The position numbers and the translations under genes are program-made. A model generated the notes under the pieces. The model made no database searches. It was not told where the DNA came from and was given only the letters and a program-made list of their open reading frames with translations. From positions 124,001-188,000 of IMG/VR virus record IMGVR_UViG_3300031857_000005: a stretch of 64,000 nt of DNA. One strand, given 5' to 3'. Shown piece by piece: positions 1 to 10,289 of this stretch. Every line of letters begins with the position of its first letter. The first letter of the stretch is position 1.

Positions 1-612
1 TTCTTTGGTTGATGGATCAACAATAATTTTTTGGAATCTTCTTTCCAATGCACCATCCTTCTCAAAGTTCTTACGGTACTCATCTAATGTTGTTGCTCCA
101 ACACATTGGATTTCTCCTCTTGCCAATGCGGGTTTGAAGATATTTGATGCGTCTAATGAACCTGAAGAACTACCAGCACCAACTATTGTGTGAATCTCAT
201 CAATGAAAACAATGATATTGGGGTTATTCTGAAGTTCTTCAATAATAACCTTCATTCTTTCTTCAAATTGTCCTCTATATTTGGTACCTGCAACAATGGA
301 ATTCATATCTAAAGATACAATCCTTTTATCTGTTAAATTCTTTGGACAATCTCCCTCAAATATCTTCATTGCCAATCCTTCTACAATTGCGGTTTTACCA
401 CAACCTGGTTCACCAACAATAATTGGATTATTTTTCTTTCTCCTTGAAAGGACTTGTGCGATACGCATAATTTCTTTTTCCCTACCAACAACAGGATCTA
501 ATTTACCTTCACTTGCGAGTTTATTTAAATCCTTACTAAAGTTATCCAACACAGGAGTTCCTTTGTCAGAAGGCTTTTTATTTTTGTCATCGTTATCCAT
601 ATATTCAATCAT
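1..612 (-). CDS. ClpA/ClpB/ClpC-family AAA+ ATPase, 5' part (continues beyond window start); lacks the Clp N-terminal domain
   Basis: Manual minus-strand translation from ATG at 612 (alternative 600): [48 protein letters not shown]..., Walker [11 protein letters not shown], pore loop [11 protein letters not shown], Walker [28 protein letters not shown]. Missing from the ORF track because it is truncated. Confidence 0.95.
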   Translation of the reverse strand, partial: MIEYMDNDDKNKKPSDKGTPVLDNFSKDLNKLASEGKLDPVVGREKEIMRIAQVLSRRKKNNPIIVGEPGCGKTAIVEGLAMKIFEGDCPKNLTDKRIVSLDMNSIVAGTKYRGQFEERMKVIIEELQNNPNIIVFIDEIHTIVGAGSSSGSLDASNIFKPALARGEIQCVGATTLDEYRKNFEKDGALERRFQKIIVDPSTKE

Positions 613-692
613 TTTTTAACTTTTTAAAAATGTAATTTAAAAAAAACAAAAAGTATATTATTTTGTCAACCTGTCATTCATTTTTTTTATAT

Positions 693-709
693 ACTGACAT
701 TTTGTCAGT
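693..709. promoter_or_regulatory. Perfect inverted repeat ACTGACA-ttt-TGTCAGT in the clp/hsp20 divergent intergenic region (candidate operator/enhancer)
   Basis: 7-bp perfect IR; extra TGTCA half-sites at 664-668 and 672-676. Confidence 0.5.
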
Positions 710-718
710 TTTATGATT

Positions 719-735
719 TTGGCACGCATTTAGTA
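719..735 (+). promoter_or_regulatory. Sigma54-like -24/-12 element upstream of hsp20
   Basis: TTGGCACG at 719-726 is a perfect -24 box; the -12 region (TAGTA vs TTGCW) matches only partly. Confidence 0.4.
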
Positions 736-775
736 AAATGAGGGACAAAAATAAACCAATAAAAAAAATAAAAAA

Positions 776-1123
776 ATGTTTAACACAATTTTTGATGAAT
801 TTTACACATTAACAAAACCAACTAACTTATTACAAACTTATCAGACAGATGAATCCACTGTATGTATTATGGATTTACCAGGGTATAATAAAGACAATTT
901 AAAGGTTGAATTAAAAGATGGGACATTACACATTGAGGGAAAACGATCAATTATTATTAACGGTTTGAAGTCCCCAATAAAAAACCACTCAATTTCAAGA
1001 ACATATACCATTGGTAATAAGTACGATGATGAAAAGGTAACTGCGGAGGTAAAAGATGGAATTCTGACAATAACTCTCCCGTTTAAAGATGAAAAGAAAA
1101 ATAAAGTGATTAGTTTGTTGTAA
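776..1123 (+). CDS. Hsp20/alpha-crystallin small heat-shock protein
   Basis: MDLPGYNKDNLKVELKDGTLHIEG...SRTYTIG...AEVKDGILTITLP, C-terminal I-S-L (IXI-like) motif. Confidence 0.93.
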   Translation: MFNTIFDEFYTLTKPTNLLQTYQTDESTVCIMDLPGYNKDNLKVELKDGTLHIEGKRSIIINGLKSPIKNHSISRTYTIGNKYDDEKVTAEVKDGILTITLPFKDEKKNKVISLL

Positions 1124-1154
1124 AAAAAGGTCCACTTCGGTGGACTTTTTTTTT
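1124..1154. terminator. Intrinsic terminator (possibly bidirectional)
   Basis: GTCCAC-TTCG-GTGGAC stem (C-UUCG-G tetraloop) flanked by an A-run and a T9 run. Confidence 0.85.
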
Positions 1155-1183
1155 ACCATATTTATTTTTAAATAAAAAAAGTT

Positions 1184-1426
1184 ATGGCAATTACAAAAGA
1201 AGAAATTTCAGGAACAACAATCATAAATGAAATACAATCAAGTAATATCAAAAAGACAGTTTATGATACAATCACTAAAAAATTAATGGTGGAGTTTAAT
1301 AATGGAACACAATATGAATATGATGAGGTACCACATCAAACTTATACTCAATTTAGAATGTCAGAATCACAAGGTAAGTTCTTTAGTTCAAAAATAGCAA
1401 AAACTTTCAAATATAAGAAAGTTTAA
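1184..1426 (+). CDS. KTSC domain protein
   Basis: SSNIKKTVYD...LMVEFNNGTQYEYDEVP...SESQGKFF pattern and size are typical of KTSC. Confidence 0.88.
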   Translation: MAITKEEISGTTIINEIQSSNIKKTVYDTITKKLMVEFNNGTQYEYDEVPHQTYTQFRMSESQGKFFSSKIAKTFKYKKV

Positions 1427-1457
1427 ATAAATTAATTAATCATTGTATTTATTATAG

Positions 1458-2192
1458 ATGGATAAACACGATGATATTCTTTCAAGTTTTAAAGTTCAAA
1501 AAGAACTAAACCCTAAAATTTGGGATGGTAAGGGTAGTAACTCTAAAATGAAACCTGATATTAGAGAAAGGTTACTTGAGATTGCGTATGAATTTATTGA
1601 TTTTTTAGGTGTTGATATTGTTGTTACAGATGTGATAATGACAGGTTCTCTTTCTAATTATAATTGGTCAAAATATTCAGATGTTGACTTACATATTGTT
1701 GCGAATTTTAACCAATTCCCAACCAATCAAATTGATTTATATAAAGAATTTTTCAACCTTAAAAAAATTCTTTTCAATGATAATCACGATATAACAATAT
1801 ATGGATATGATGTAGAACTTTATCTTCAGGACGAAGAAGAAACTCATTTTAGTAGTGGAGTATATTCAGTATTGTTTGATGAGTGGGCTAATAATCCTAA
1901 AAAAGAATCTGTTAGTATTGATAAAGAACAAATTAAAAATAAAGCAAAACAATGGATGGATATTATTGATGGTGTTATTAATAATATGAAAGATGAGGAT
2001 ATTGATACTGCAAAAGAATTAATAAAGAAATACAAAGATAAGTTAAAAAAATACAGAACCTGTGGACTGGAAAAAGACGGAGAATACTCAAACGAGAATT
2101 TGGTGTTTAAGATGTTAAGAAGAAATGGGTACATTGAAAAGTTATATAACTTTGGTAATGAATTTTTAGATAAAAAGTTATCTATTAACTAA
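1458..2192 (+). CDS. Pol-beta superfamily nucleotidyltransferase
   Basis: TGSLSNYNWSKYSDVDLH (GS...DxD), third acidic residue in YDVELY. Confidence 0.85.
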   Translation: MDKHDDILSSFKVQKELNPKIWDGKGSNSKMKPDIRERLLEIAYEFIDFLGVDIVVTDVIMTGSLSNYNWSKYSDVDLHIVANFNQFPTNQIDLYKEFFNLKKILFNDNHDITIYGYDVELYLQDEEETHFSSGVYSVLFDEWANNPKKESVSIDKEQIKNKAKQWMDIIDGVINNMKDEDIDTAKELIKKYKDKLKKYRTCGLEKDGEYSNENLVFKMLRRNGYIEKLYNFGNEFLDKKLSIN

Positions 2193-2279
2193 AAAAAAAT
2201 CTCATATTTAATCGTAATGTTAATAAACGATGATTATGATATATTTATATAAAAAAATAATTTTATAAAAAAAAACAAA

Positions 2280-3761
2280 ATGGGAAGTTTAAGACCGATA
2301 GGTAGTGAAAAACTACAAGGAATGGATAAAATTAAGAGAATTATAGAAATTTCTCGTTATAACGAACATATGCCAAATCCTGTTAATGAAAACGAATCAA
2401 AAGAATATTCTCGTTTTCTTGCTGATGGTAATAGATATGAAATAATTAAAGAAAAATCAGGTTACATTATTAAACACCAAATTTCTGAGGGTGTTTCTGA
2501 CTATATTGAACCTATGAAAAATAGAAAATATTATTCATCTTATTCTCAGGCTTTAAAAAGACTGAATTTAATGGCTAAAGAATTAAATACTCTTCACGAA
2601 AATAAAGAAGAGGTTTCATTATTTGGTGAAGAAAAGAAATTTTACCTTAAGAAGAATATGTCAGAAAAATTAAATATGGATCCAAACAGTATGGATGAAC
2701 TTGATGAACAAGCACCTGCACCCGCAGCACCCGCTCCGGCACCTGCAGCACCCGCTCCGGCACCTGTTCCCGCACCTGAAGATGTTCCTGTAGAACCTGA
2801 AGGAGAACTTCCTCCACCATCAGAAGAAGGAATGGAAGATGAGGGCATGGAAGATACTGAAGAAAATGAAGAAGAAGTAACATTCAAATCAATACAAAAA
2901 TTAACAGGAAAATTAGCACAAAAAATTCGTGACTTTGAATCAAATGGAGAAGAAGATGAAGAAGGTATGGATGGGAATGATGTTAAATATGTTATTAACT
3001 CAATATTGTCGTCATTAGACTTAACAACATTAGATGAAGATGATGTTGATGAAATTGTTGCTCGTTTTGAGGGTGATGAAGAAGGAATGCCTGAGGAAGG
3101 TGGTATGGAAACTGAAGAACCTATGGAACCATCACCTGAAGGAGAAGAAGGTGAAGAATTACCTCCACCACCAGCTGAAGGAGAAATGGCTGAAATGCAA
3201 AATTTAGGTGATAAGTTTATGAATAAACTTAAAGGGGCCTATTCGTCATCATTAGGTAAAAAATTACCTGGTATGGATGAAATGTTCGGTGATGGTGATG
3301 ATGAAGAGTTGGGAACTATGAGAGGTCGTTATTTCGGTGACGAAGAAGAAGAGGATGAGTTTGGATTTGATGACGAAATGGGTTTTGAAGATGAAGAAGA
3401 TGATTATACAATGAGAGGTGCAAGAAAACATAGAAGAATGTATGATGATGAAAATCATTTCTCACACGGAACATTTGGAGAATCCAAAGTAGATAATATT
3501 ATTAAAAAATACTTTGAAATTGACAATAAGGAAAAACAATTAAATGAAGAAAAAAGAAGAAGAGAATTAAGAAACCATATTCTTGAAACTAAATCTGAAA
3601 TTAAAAGATTGTCTGAAACAGTTCGTCAAGAAAGAATGGCGGTTAAATTTTTGAGTGAAAATAAAAAAGCAAGTTTAATTGGAATTACAAATAAGAAAAA
3701 TTTGATATTCAAAGTAAACGAAAATCAATTTAGAATTTCACCAAACGGAACGATTATATGA
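2280..3761 (+). CDS. Hypothetical acidic protein with Pro/Ala linker; probable internal head protein
   Basis: ORF track; PAPAAPAPA linker, D/E-rich tracts, upstream TATTTAT motif. Confidence 0.6.
   Translation: MGSLRPIGSEKLQGMDKIKRIIEISRYNEHMPNPVNENESKEYSRFLADGNRYEIIKEKSGYIIKHQISEGVSDYIEPMKNRKYYSSYSQALKRLNLMAKELNTLHENKEEVSLFGEEKKFYLKKNMSEKLNMDPNSMDELDEQAPAPAAPAPAPAAPAPAPVPAPEDVPVEPEGELPPPSEEGMEDEGMEDTEENEEEVTFKSIQKLTGKLAQKIRDFESNGEEDEEGMDGNDVKYVINSILSSLDLTTLDEDDVDEIVARFEGDEEGMPEEGGMETEEPMEPSPEGEEGEELPPPPAEGEMAEMQNLGDKFMNKLKGAYSSSLGKKLPGMDEMFGDGDDEELGTMRGRYFGDEEEEDEFGFDDEMGFEDEEDDYTMRGARKHRRMYDDENHFSHGTFGESKVDNIIKKYFEIDNKEKQLNEEKRRRELRNHILETKSEIKRLSETVRQERMAVKFLSENKKASLIGITNKKNLIFKVNENQFRISPNGTII
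2724..2765 (+). repeat. 21-nt tandem duplication (AAPAPAP x2)
   Basis: gcagcacccgctccggcacct occurs at 2724-2744 and 2745-2765. Confidence 0.9.
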
Positions 3762-4165
3762 ATAAATTAATATACATCAATGGTTTGGGACCAAACTACA
3801 AAGGTGATAATATTTATGAATTTATATTTTCAGATACCTTAGAAGTTTGGGGTGAAAATTGGGAATCAAAACCTGCAAATGGTTACCCACTTCCTCCAGA
3901 TATTGAGTATGTTAAAAAAGTTGGTGTATTAAGGAACGGAGAAATAACATTGGAATTAATTCAGGATTCCGATGTTTTTTCACTTATAGACGCGACTGAC
4001 GATGTTATTGCGTTAGGTTGGGAAAAAGAAACTGAAGAGTTAGATTTCTCAGTAACAAAAAGGTTAGTCTTCAAATTTGGACAAACCGAAGAAGAAGTAA
4101 AAAATAAATTATATGAACGAGATATCGTTCTTGAGTTTGAAAAAAAAGTGGTATATGAGAACTAA
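3758..4165 (+). CDS. Hypothetical protein
   Basis: ORF track; ATGA overlap with upstream gene. Confidence 0.75.
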   Translation: MNKLIYINGLGPNYKGDNIYEFIFSDTLEVWGENWESKPANGYPLPPDIEYVKKVGVLRNGEITLELIQDSDVFSLIDATDDVIALGWEKETEELDFSVTKRLVFKFGQTEEEVKNKLYERDIVLEFEKKVVYEN

Positions 4166-4991
4166 AAACCCTATTACTGTATTGTTGGAAAATGGAATTC
4201 ATTTTTCCACTTTAACAAATATGTCGGAAAAACAAATTAAAGTTTTAGCGGAAAGATTTAAAAAAGAAGAATCTAAAGAGGCGGTAACTAAAACCGTATA
4301 TCAACCATTAAAAAACCCTAAAGATATGGAAGCGGTTCAAAATATGGTAACTAAATCAGATCCTAACGCATCTGTTGAATTGGAAGAAAAATTTGAGTCC
4401 AAAGCACAACAAGGATTATTTTGGGCTAAATGTAATAAATCTAAAGGTAAGGAAAAAAAGAAATGGTGTGATATGGCGAAAGAATTTTCGGACGACACAA
4501 CAAAAAAAGACTATGGAAAAAACCCAAAAAAGAAACATCCTGAAAAAACGGTTGATTATAAAAAGAAGGCTCAAAAAGAAAGTTATGAAAAATTTCTTGA
4601 GGATAGAATCGTTGAGATGGTTTATAACCATGTCAACCCTAAATTAACTAAAGGTGAAATCAAAAAAACAATTCAAGAAAGATCTGAAAGCATGATCTTG
4701 AGGAATCCAAAAAAAATGTCTATGTTCTCTGATGAATCAGGAATAGAAATGAAAAAAATGGATAAACCAATCGGTAAAGTATTTTCAGTGGGTAAATCAC
4801 CAATGGACGAACAAGGAACAAAAGAGAAAGAAAGAACAAAAGAAAAAGAACCTGGAACAAAGAATCCACCAAAAAGAAGAGGTAACCCTTTTAAAAACCC
4901 AAATCCTGGTGTAAAAGAAAGTCCAAGAGGTGGTAATAAAGAGGATGTTAAAATGACTTTTATGGGTCAGATAAAACAAGCGTTAAAATAA
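4155..4991 (+). CDS. Hypothetical basic protein (start probably 4155, MRTKNP)
   Basis: ORF track 4113..4991; the internal ATG overlaps the upstream stop; EKFESKAQQ motif. Confidence 0.7.
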   Translation: MRTKNPITVLLENGIHFSTLTNMSEKQIKVLAERFKKEESKEAVTKTVYQPLKNPKDMEAVQNMVTKSDPNASVELEEKFESKAQQGLFWAKCNKSKGKEKKKWCDMAKEFSDDTTKKDYGKNPKKKHPEKTVDYKKKAQKESYEKFLEDRIVEMVYNHVNPKLTKGEIKKTIQERSESMILRNPKKMSMFSDESGIEMKKMDKPIGKVFSVGKSPMDEQGTKEKERTKEKEPGTKNPPKRRGNPFKNPNPGVKESPRGGNKEDVKMTFMGQIKQALK

Positions 4992-4995
4992 TAAG

Positions 4996-6345
4996 ATGGT
5001 AGATAAAGACTTAGAAAGATTAATCAGGAAAATAATTAAAGAAGCACCAATTGATTATGGTGATTATCCTGAAAGAATGGATCCAAAAACTCAAAGAAGA
5101 ATTGAAGATCCTGAGAACATTTACGCTAAGAACAGAGCTTTTAAAGGTGGTGTTTCTGATGTTGAGAAAATTGCAGGGACAAGATTTAAAGAGATTGTTG
5201 ATTATGTAAAAAGATATTTTAGTACTCAAGAAAACATAACTGACCCTCATGTGATGAGATCTATTATGATGGAACAAATGAGAGCGGTTCAACAATCAAT
5301 GGTTATAGAGTCATCGCATAAAGATGAGTTAAAAGATTTGGCGGTAGAAATTGCGGCGAAAGAAGAAGGATGGATGGATTATTCATTAACTATAAATGAA
5401 GCGATAGAAAATGGTGACATCAGTAAGTCACCAATCCAAGGTGCAGGAACTAGATACGGATTTGAGTTTATTAATGTTGACGCATTTTTAAATGAGAAAA
5501 AAATTAACCCAAGTCAATTCCAAATGAAGGAAAAGGATTTACCTAAATTACAAATTCCTTCAGATTTTTCATTTGATATTGACGAGTTGACACCGGAAGA
5601 ACAAAGACAACTTGAAATTGAAAAGAGGCATGTTATTAACGCATTGATTCAAGGTAAAGGTAAAAGAGGACAATTTTCGTATCAAGCATTTAAAAATAGG
5701 TTAGACGAGATTGATCCAAGATTATATTCATTATACAATAAGATTATGTCTGCAAATGACTTAATGTATTTTACTCAAGAAGATTTGATTGAGATGATGG
5801 GAGGAAATGCCGCTGGTTCATCTGGTGTTGAGAGTGAAGACGAAGATGATGAAGGTGGTGAAGAAGGTGAAGGTATGGATGTTGTAGTAGCAAACGGTAT
5901 AATATTCCCAATTTTATTACACGAATTAATTAAAGGTTTTGGTTCTGTTGCATCAAGAGAACAATGGAGAGGTATGGATCCAGGAATGGCTCAAGATATT
6001 ATGGGTAAGACAGATGTATTTTCTAATGAACCAATGCAATTTAGAGTTGGTGCAGAACTTGTTAGAAAATTAAGAACTTTATTACCTGATGAATTAGTCT
6101 TAGATGAAAGAAGTAAAATTTATATTCCTTTCTTTGAGAGAATTCTTTATGGTATTCCTGCAGATAGATTCTTAAAAGAAATTATGTCAAATGTTGTTTC
6201 TGAAAGAGAAGAAGATAATAATAAAGTAAAACGAACTTTTGAGGACATCCTTAGAAGGGCAAAATCGGACTATCAGAAATATAAAGGTGGTGATAACGAA
6301 GAAGATGAGGAGGATGACGATGCCTTATCAAAATTAGGTTTATAA
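4996..6345 (+). CDS. Hypothetical protein immediately upstream of terminase
   Basis: ORF track, 449 aa; N-terminal KIIKEA motif. Confidence 0.75.
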   Translation: MVDKDLERLIRKIIKEAPIDYGDYPERMDPKTQRRIEDPENIYAKNRAFKGGVSDVEKIAGTRFKEIVDYVKRYFSTQENITDPHVMRSIMMEQMRAVQQSMVIESSHKDELKDLAVEIAAKEEGWMDYSLTINEAIENGDISKSPIQGAGTRYGFEFINVDAFLNEKKINPSQFQMKEKDLPKLQIPSDFSFDIDELTPEEQRQLEIEKRHVINALIQGKGKRGQFSYQAFKNRLDEIDPRLYSLYNKIMSANDLMYFTQEDLIEMMGGNAAGSSGVESEDEDDEGGEEGEGMDVVVANGIIFPILLHELIKGFGSVASREQWRGMDPGMAQDIMGKTDVFSNEPMQFRVGAELVRKLRTLLPDELVLDERSKIYIPFFERILYGIPADRFLKEIMSNVVSEREEDNNKVKRTFEDILRRAKSDYQKYKGGDNEEDEEDDDALSKLGL

Positions 6346-6363
6346 TCTACTTAAATTATTAAT

Positions 6364-6397
6364 AAAACCCCCTTTTATGTAAATAACTGGGGGTTTT
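6364..6397. terminator. Inverted repeat / probable terminator
   Basis: aaaaccccc-N16-gggggtttt. Confidence 0.55.
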
Positions 6398-6420
6398 GAT
6401 ATTTATTGCTAAATGGTTTT

Positions 6421-8184
6421 ATGAGTTTAACTAAAGAACAGGTAATGTTGGAGTATGTAAAATGTATGAAGGATACTCCATACGCATTAAAAACATATTT
6501 ACAAACTTACGACAATACGGTATCACAATATGTCCCATTACAATTATTCCCCGATCAAGTTTCATTATTAAATGATTACGAAAGTTTTAACGAAAATATT
6601 GCATTAAAATATCGTCAAGCGGGTGTATCCACCGTAACTGCGGCATGGGTATCAAAAAAATTAGCGTTCGCAAAGAAAAATAAACCTGAAAAAATTCTAA
6701 TTATTGCCAACAAATTGGACACCTCTTTAGAGATGGCGAATAAGATTAGAGGGTTTGTTGGACAATGGCCGAAATGGGTTGGGATTGATTTTGCCGCAGA
6801 AAAAAATTCACAAAAACACTACAAATTAAATAACGGATGTGAAGTTAAAGCGGTTGCAACATCAAAGGATGCCCTTCGTGGATTTACCCCTACGGTTCTT
6901 ATATTTGATGAGGCGGCGTTTATTGAGGCGGATAGTGATTTTTGGGCGGCTTGTATGGCATCCCTATCTACAGGGGGTAAAGTAATCGTGGTATCAACAC
7001 CGAATGGTTATGATCCAATTTACTATGAAATATATGATCAGGCATTAAGAAATATGAACGACTTTAAAATTACAGAAATGTATTGGTTTAGAGATCCTCG
7101 TTACACAAAAGATTTATACTTGGTTAAAACTGAAGATATTATCCATTATTTGTTAAATAAAGAAGAATATCCTGAAGATAAAATATTAAGTTGGGAAGGT
7201 ATCCCATTTGAAACAAGAAATTATGATGATCTTAAAACAATAATGGATTCAGGTTACAAACCTTGTTCAGATTGGTTTGAAAGAATGGTTAAGAAACTTA
7301 AATATGATAAACGAAAAGTTTCTCAGGAGTTGGAATGTAACTTCCTTGGATCAGGAGATAATGTGTTTGATTCAAAGATGTTACAGACTATTCGTGAAAA
7401 TATGGTTAAAGACCCCCAAAATAAAATGATGGGAAATTCACTATGGATATGGAAGGAACCTATTGTTGGGCACAAATATATTATGGGGGTTGATGTTTCT
7501 CGTGGTGATAGTGAGGATTTTAGTACAATACAAATCATTGATTTTGATGAAAGAGAACAAGTATTGGAATACATTGGAAAAATTCCACCTGATGTATTGG
7601 CAGAAATTGCATATAAATGGGGAAATATGTATTCAGCATATATTGTAATTGATATCACTGGTGGTATGGGAATTGCAACATCAAGAAAATTACAAGAACT
7701 TGGATATAAAAATATGTATGTTGATGGTATTGATTTAAATAATACTTGGAAATACAATCCAAAAGCCCTTGATAAAATTCCTGGCATCAACTTTAATAAC
7801 AAAAGAGTTCAAATAATTGCCGCTTTTGAGGAAGGAATGAGACATAAGTTTAGGATATATAGTTCAAGGTTATATAATGAAATGAATACATTCGTATATG
7901 TGAATGGTAGACCGGATCACCAAAAAGGACATCACGATGATTTAATTATGTCCATATCAATGGCATTATATGTTGGGGAGTCCTCATTCTCAAGTTTAGA
8001 GAAAGTAACTGAACAAACTAAAGCAATGTTAGAATCTTGGACGGTAAATAATAATGAATCAGTTAAAAATGTAATTGATTTTAATCCCGTAATTCCACAT
8101 ATGAATCAAGATAGATTTAGAGATAATTCAAGTATTAGTAGAAAGGATTATGAAAACTATGGTTGGTTATTTGGTATTAGATAA
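6421..8184 (+). CDS. terL: Terminase large subunit (T4 gp17-like)
   Basis: LKYRQAGVST (Walker A region), VLIFDEAAF (Walker B), VVSTPNG (motif III), nuclease GVDVSRG and HHDDLIMS; start moved to MSLTKEQ. Confidence 0.95.
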   Translation: MSLTKEQVMLEYVKCMKDTPYALKTYLQTYDNTVSQYVPLQLFPDQVSLLNDYESFNENIALKYRQAGVSTVTAAWVSKKLAFAKKNKPEKILIIANKLDTSLEMANKIRGFVGQWPKWVGIDFAAEKNSQKHYKLNNGCEVKAVATSKDALRGFTPTVLIFDEAAFIEADSDFWAACMASLSTGGKVIVVSTPNGYDPIYYEIYDQALRNMNDFKITEMYWFRDPRYTKDLYLVKTEDIIHYLLNKEEYPEDKILSWEGIPFETRNYDDLKTIMDSGYKPCSDWFERMVKKLKYDKRKVSQELECNFLGSGDNVFDSKMLQTIRENMVKDPQNKMMGNSLWIWKEPIVGHKYIMGVDVSRGDSEDFSTIQIIDFDEREQVLEYIGKIPPDVLAEIAYKWGNMYSAYIVIDITGGMGIATSRKLQELGYKNMYVDGIDLNNTWKYNPKALDKIPGINFNNKRVQIIAAFEEGMRHKFRIYSSRLYNEMNTFVYVNGRPDHQKGHHDDLIMSISMALYVGESSFSSLEKVTEQTKAMLESWTVNNNESVKNVIDFNPVIPHMNQDRFRDNSSISRKDYENYGWLFGIR

Positions 8185-8204
8185 TATTTATAATAAAATA
8201 TAGT

Positions 8205-8384
8205 ATGGGATTATCAAGTAGAAAAAAATCAGGTAAACTTATTGCTGGCAGTACGATGATAGTACCTGGGCAACCTATTTTGAGTGCAAAAAAATTCGTT
8301 ATAACATTCTCAAATAAAAAAGGTTCTTTACCTGAGACATATAATGAACAATCAACAAGTTCAGGAACCACATCTAACAGTTAA
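8205..8384 (+). CDS. Small hypothetical protein (59 aa), not in ORF track
   Basis: MGLSSRKKSGKLIAGSTMIVPGQPILSAKKF...; fills the terL-portal gap; TATTTAT at 8185-8191. Confidence 0.6.
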   Translation: MGLSSRKKSGKLIAGSTMIVPGQPILSAKKFVITFSNKKGSLPETYNEQSTSSGTTSNS

Positions 8385-8441
8385 TTCTATACTTATAGAT
8401 AAAAGTGATTAAAATTATATAAATAAAATTAAATAGTCAAT

Positions 8442-10268
8442 ATGGAACAAAATCAAAATAATCTAACTATTTGGCAAAGATTATCTCAAGCATTTGGTCC
8501 GAATTCTTTATTAGGTCAAGATTTACCAACATACAAACTTGATAAGACAGAGTTATTAAGAACTACAGATAAGAAAGAATACGAACTTGAAAAACTACAA
8601 ACTCAACAATCATTGTACCTATCAGGACAATGGGCAAAAATTGAGAATAATCTATATACACAAGCGATTTATTATGAACCAACAAGATTGGCTTCATTTT
8701 ATGATTATGAATCTATGGAATTTACACCTGAGATTTCTACCGCTTTGGATATCTATTCTGAGGAATCGACAACCGCAGATCAAAACGGGTATATACTCCA
8801 AATATATTCTGAATCAAAAAGAATAAAAGGAATATTAGCAGATTTGTTTAATAATGTATTGGATATTAATACCAATCTTGCAATGTGGACAAGAAACACT
8901 TGTAAGTATGGTGATAATTTTGTTTATCTAAAACTTGATCCTGAAAAAGGAATTGTTGGTTGTATGCAATTACCTAACATTGAAATCGAAAGATTGGAGC
9001 GAGGTATGGCAGCTAAATCAACAAATGCTGAAGTTGATCCCAAATCTAAAGGTTTAAGATTTCATTGGAAGGTTAAAGATATGGAATTTAATTCTTGGGA
9101 GGTTGCTCACTTTAGATTATTGGGTGACGATAGAAAACTTCCTTATGGAACATCTATGCTTGAGAAGGCAAGAAGAATTTGGAAACAGTTAATGTTGTCT
9201 GAAGATGCGATGTTAATATATAGAACATCAAGAGCACCTGAAAGAAGGGTGTTTAAAGTGTTTGTTGGAAACATGGACGATAAGGATGTTGAACCATATG
9301 TACAAAGGGTTGCAAATAAGTTTAAACGAGATCAAGTGGTTGACTCAAAAACAGGAAATGTTGATTTAAGATTTAACCAAATGGCGGTGGATCAAGATTA
9401 TTTTGTACCTGTTAGAGATGCTACACAAACAATGCCGATTGAGACATTACCAGGAGCTCAAAACTTATCTGAAATTGCGGATATTGAATATATCCAAAAG
9501 AAATTGGTAACCGCATTGAGAGTTCCAAAGGCATATTTAGGATTTGAAGAGGTAGTTGGTGACGGTAAAAATCTATCATTACAAGATATTCGTTTTGCAA
9601 GGACTATTAATAAAATTCAAAAAAGTATGATTGCAGAAATGAATAAAATTGCAATCATTCACTTGTTCTTATTAGGTTTTGAAGACGAGTTACAAAACTT
9701 TACATTAGGACTTACTAACCCATCAAAACAAGCCGATTTGTTAATGGTTGATGTATGGAAAGAAAAAGTTCTTTTATATAAAGATTTGGTTACTGAGATA
9801 CCAAACACAATTCAACCAACATCAGCAACTTGGGCTAAGAAACATATATTCGGTTTCTCTGATGAGGATATTAAATTAGATGTACAACAAATTAGATTAG
9901 AGAGAGCAGTTGCTGCCGAACTTACAAATACACCAACAATTATTACACATACAGGAATGTTTGATACTGTTGATAAATTATACAAAACTAAATCAGGATC
10001 AACTCAAACTGCAGGTGCGGCACCAGCAGAAGGAGGAGGGGAACCACCTATGGGTGGAGGAATGCCACCGATGGGTCCTGAGCCAGGTGGAGGAGCGGAA
10101 CCACCACTACCAGGAGGAGAAACATTACCTGAAAATAAAGAAAAAAATAATTTAAATATTTTATTAGAAAGTGATGATATTCATGGTGATTCGTACATTG
10201 ACTTAAGTAGAGCGAGAAATTCTTTAGGTTCAATTGAGGATGAATTGAGCAAATTGTTAAGAGATTGA
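8442..10268 (+). CDS. Portal protein (T4 gp20-like)
   Basis: PYGTSMLEKARRIWKQLMLSEDAMLIYRTSRAPERRVF, DYFVP, IETLPGAQNLSEIADIEYIQKKL..ALRVPKAYL. Confidence 0.95.
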   Translation: MEQNQNNLTIWQRLSQAFGPNSLLGQDLPTYKLDKTELLRTTDKKEYELEKLQTQQSLYLSGQWAKIENNLYTQAIYYEPTRLASFYDYESMEFTPEISTALDIYSEESTTADQNGYILQIYSESKRIKGILADLFNNVLDINTNLAMWTRNTCKYGDNFVYLKLDPEKGIVGCMQLPNIEIERLERGMAAKSTNAEVDPKSKGLRFHWKVKDMEFNSWEVAHFRLLGDDRKLPYGTSMLEKARRIWKQLMLSEDAMLIYRTSRAPERRVFKVFVGNMDDKDVEPYVQRVANKFKRDQVVDSKTGNVDLRFNQMAVDQDYFVPVRDATQTMPIETLPGAQNLSEIADIEYIQKKLVTALRVPKAYLGFEEVVGDGKNLSLQDIRFARTINKIQKSMIAEMNKIAIIHLFLLGFEDELQNFTLGLTNPSKQADLLMVDVWKEKVLLYKDLVTEIPNTIQPTSATWAKKHIFGFSDEDIKLDVQQIRLERAVAAELTNTPTIITHTGMFDTVDKLYKTKSGSTQTAGAAPAEGGGEPPMGGGMPPMGPEPGGGAEPPLPGGETLPENKEKNNLNILLESDDIHGDSYIDLSRARNSLGSIEDELSKLLRD

Positions 10269-10289
10269 TATTTATAAATAAAAAAGATT

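Noticed and set aside
5-619. Plus-strand ORFs 5..193 and 281..619
   Set aside because: They are antisense shadows of the minus-strand Clp ATPase.
8177-8371. Minus-strand 64-aa ORF
   Set aside because: The plus-strand ORF 8205-8384 has the late motif and operon orientation.
8418-8425. Canonical T4 late promoter TATAAATA before the portal gene
   Set aside because: It is an isolated case in a very AT-rich spacer, and most late genes carry the opposite orientation. Possible but unsupported.
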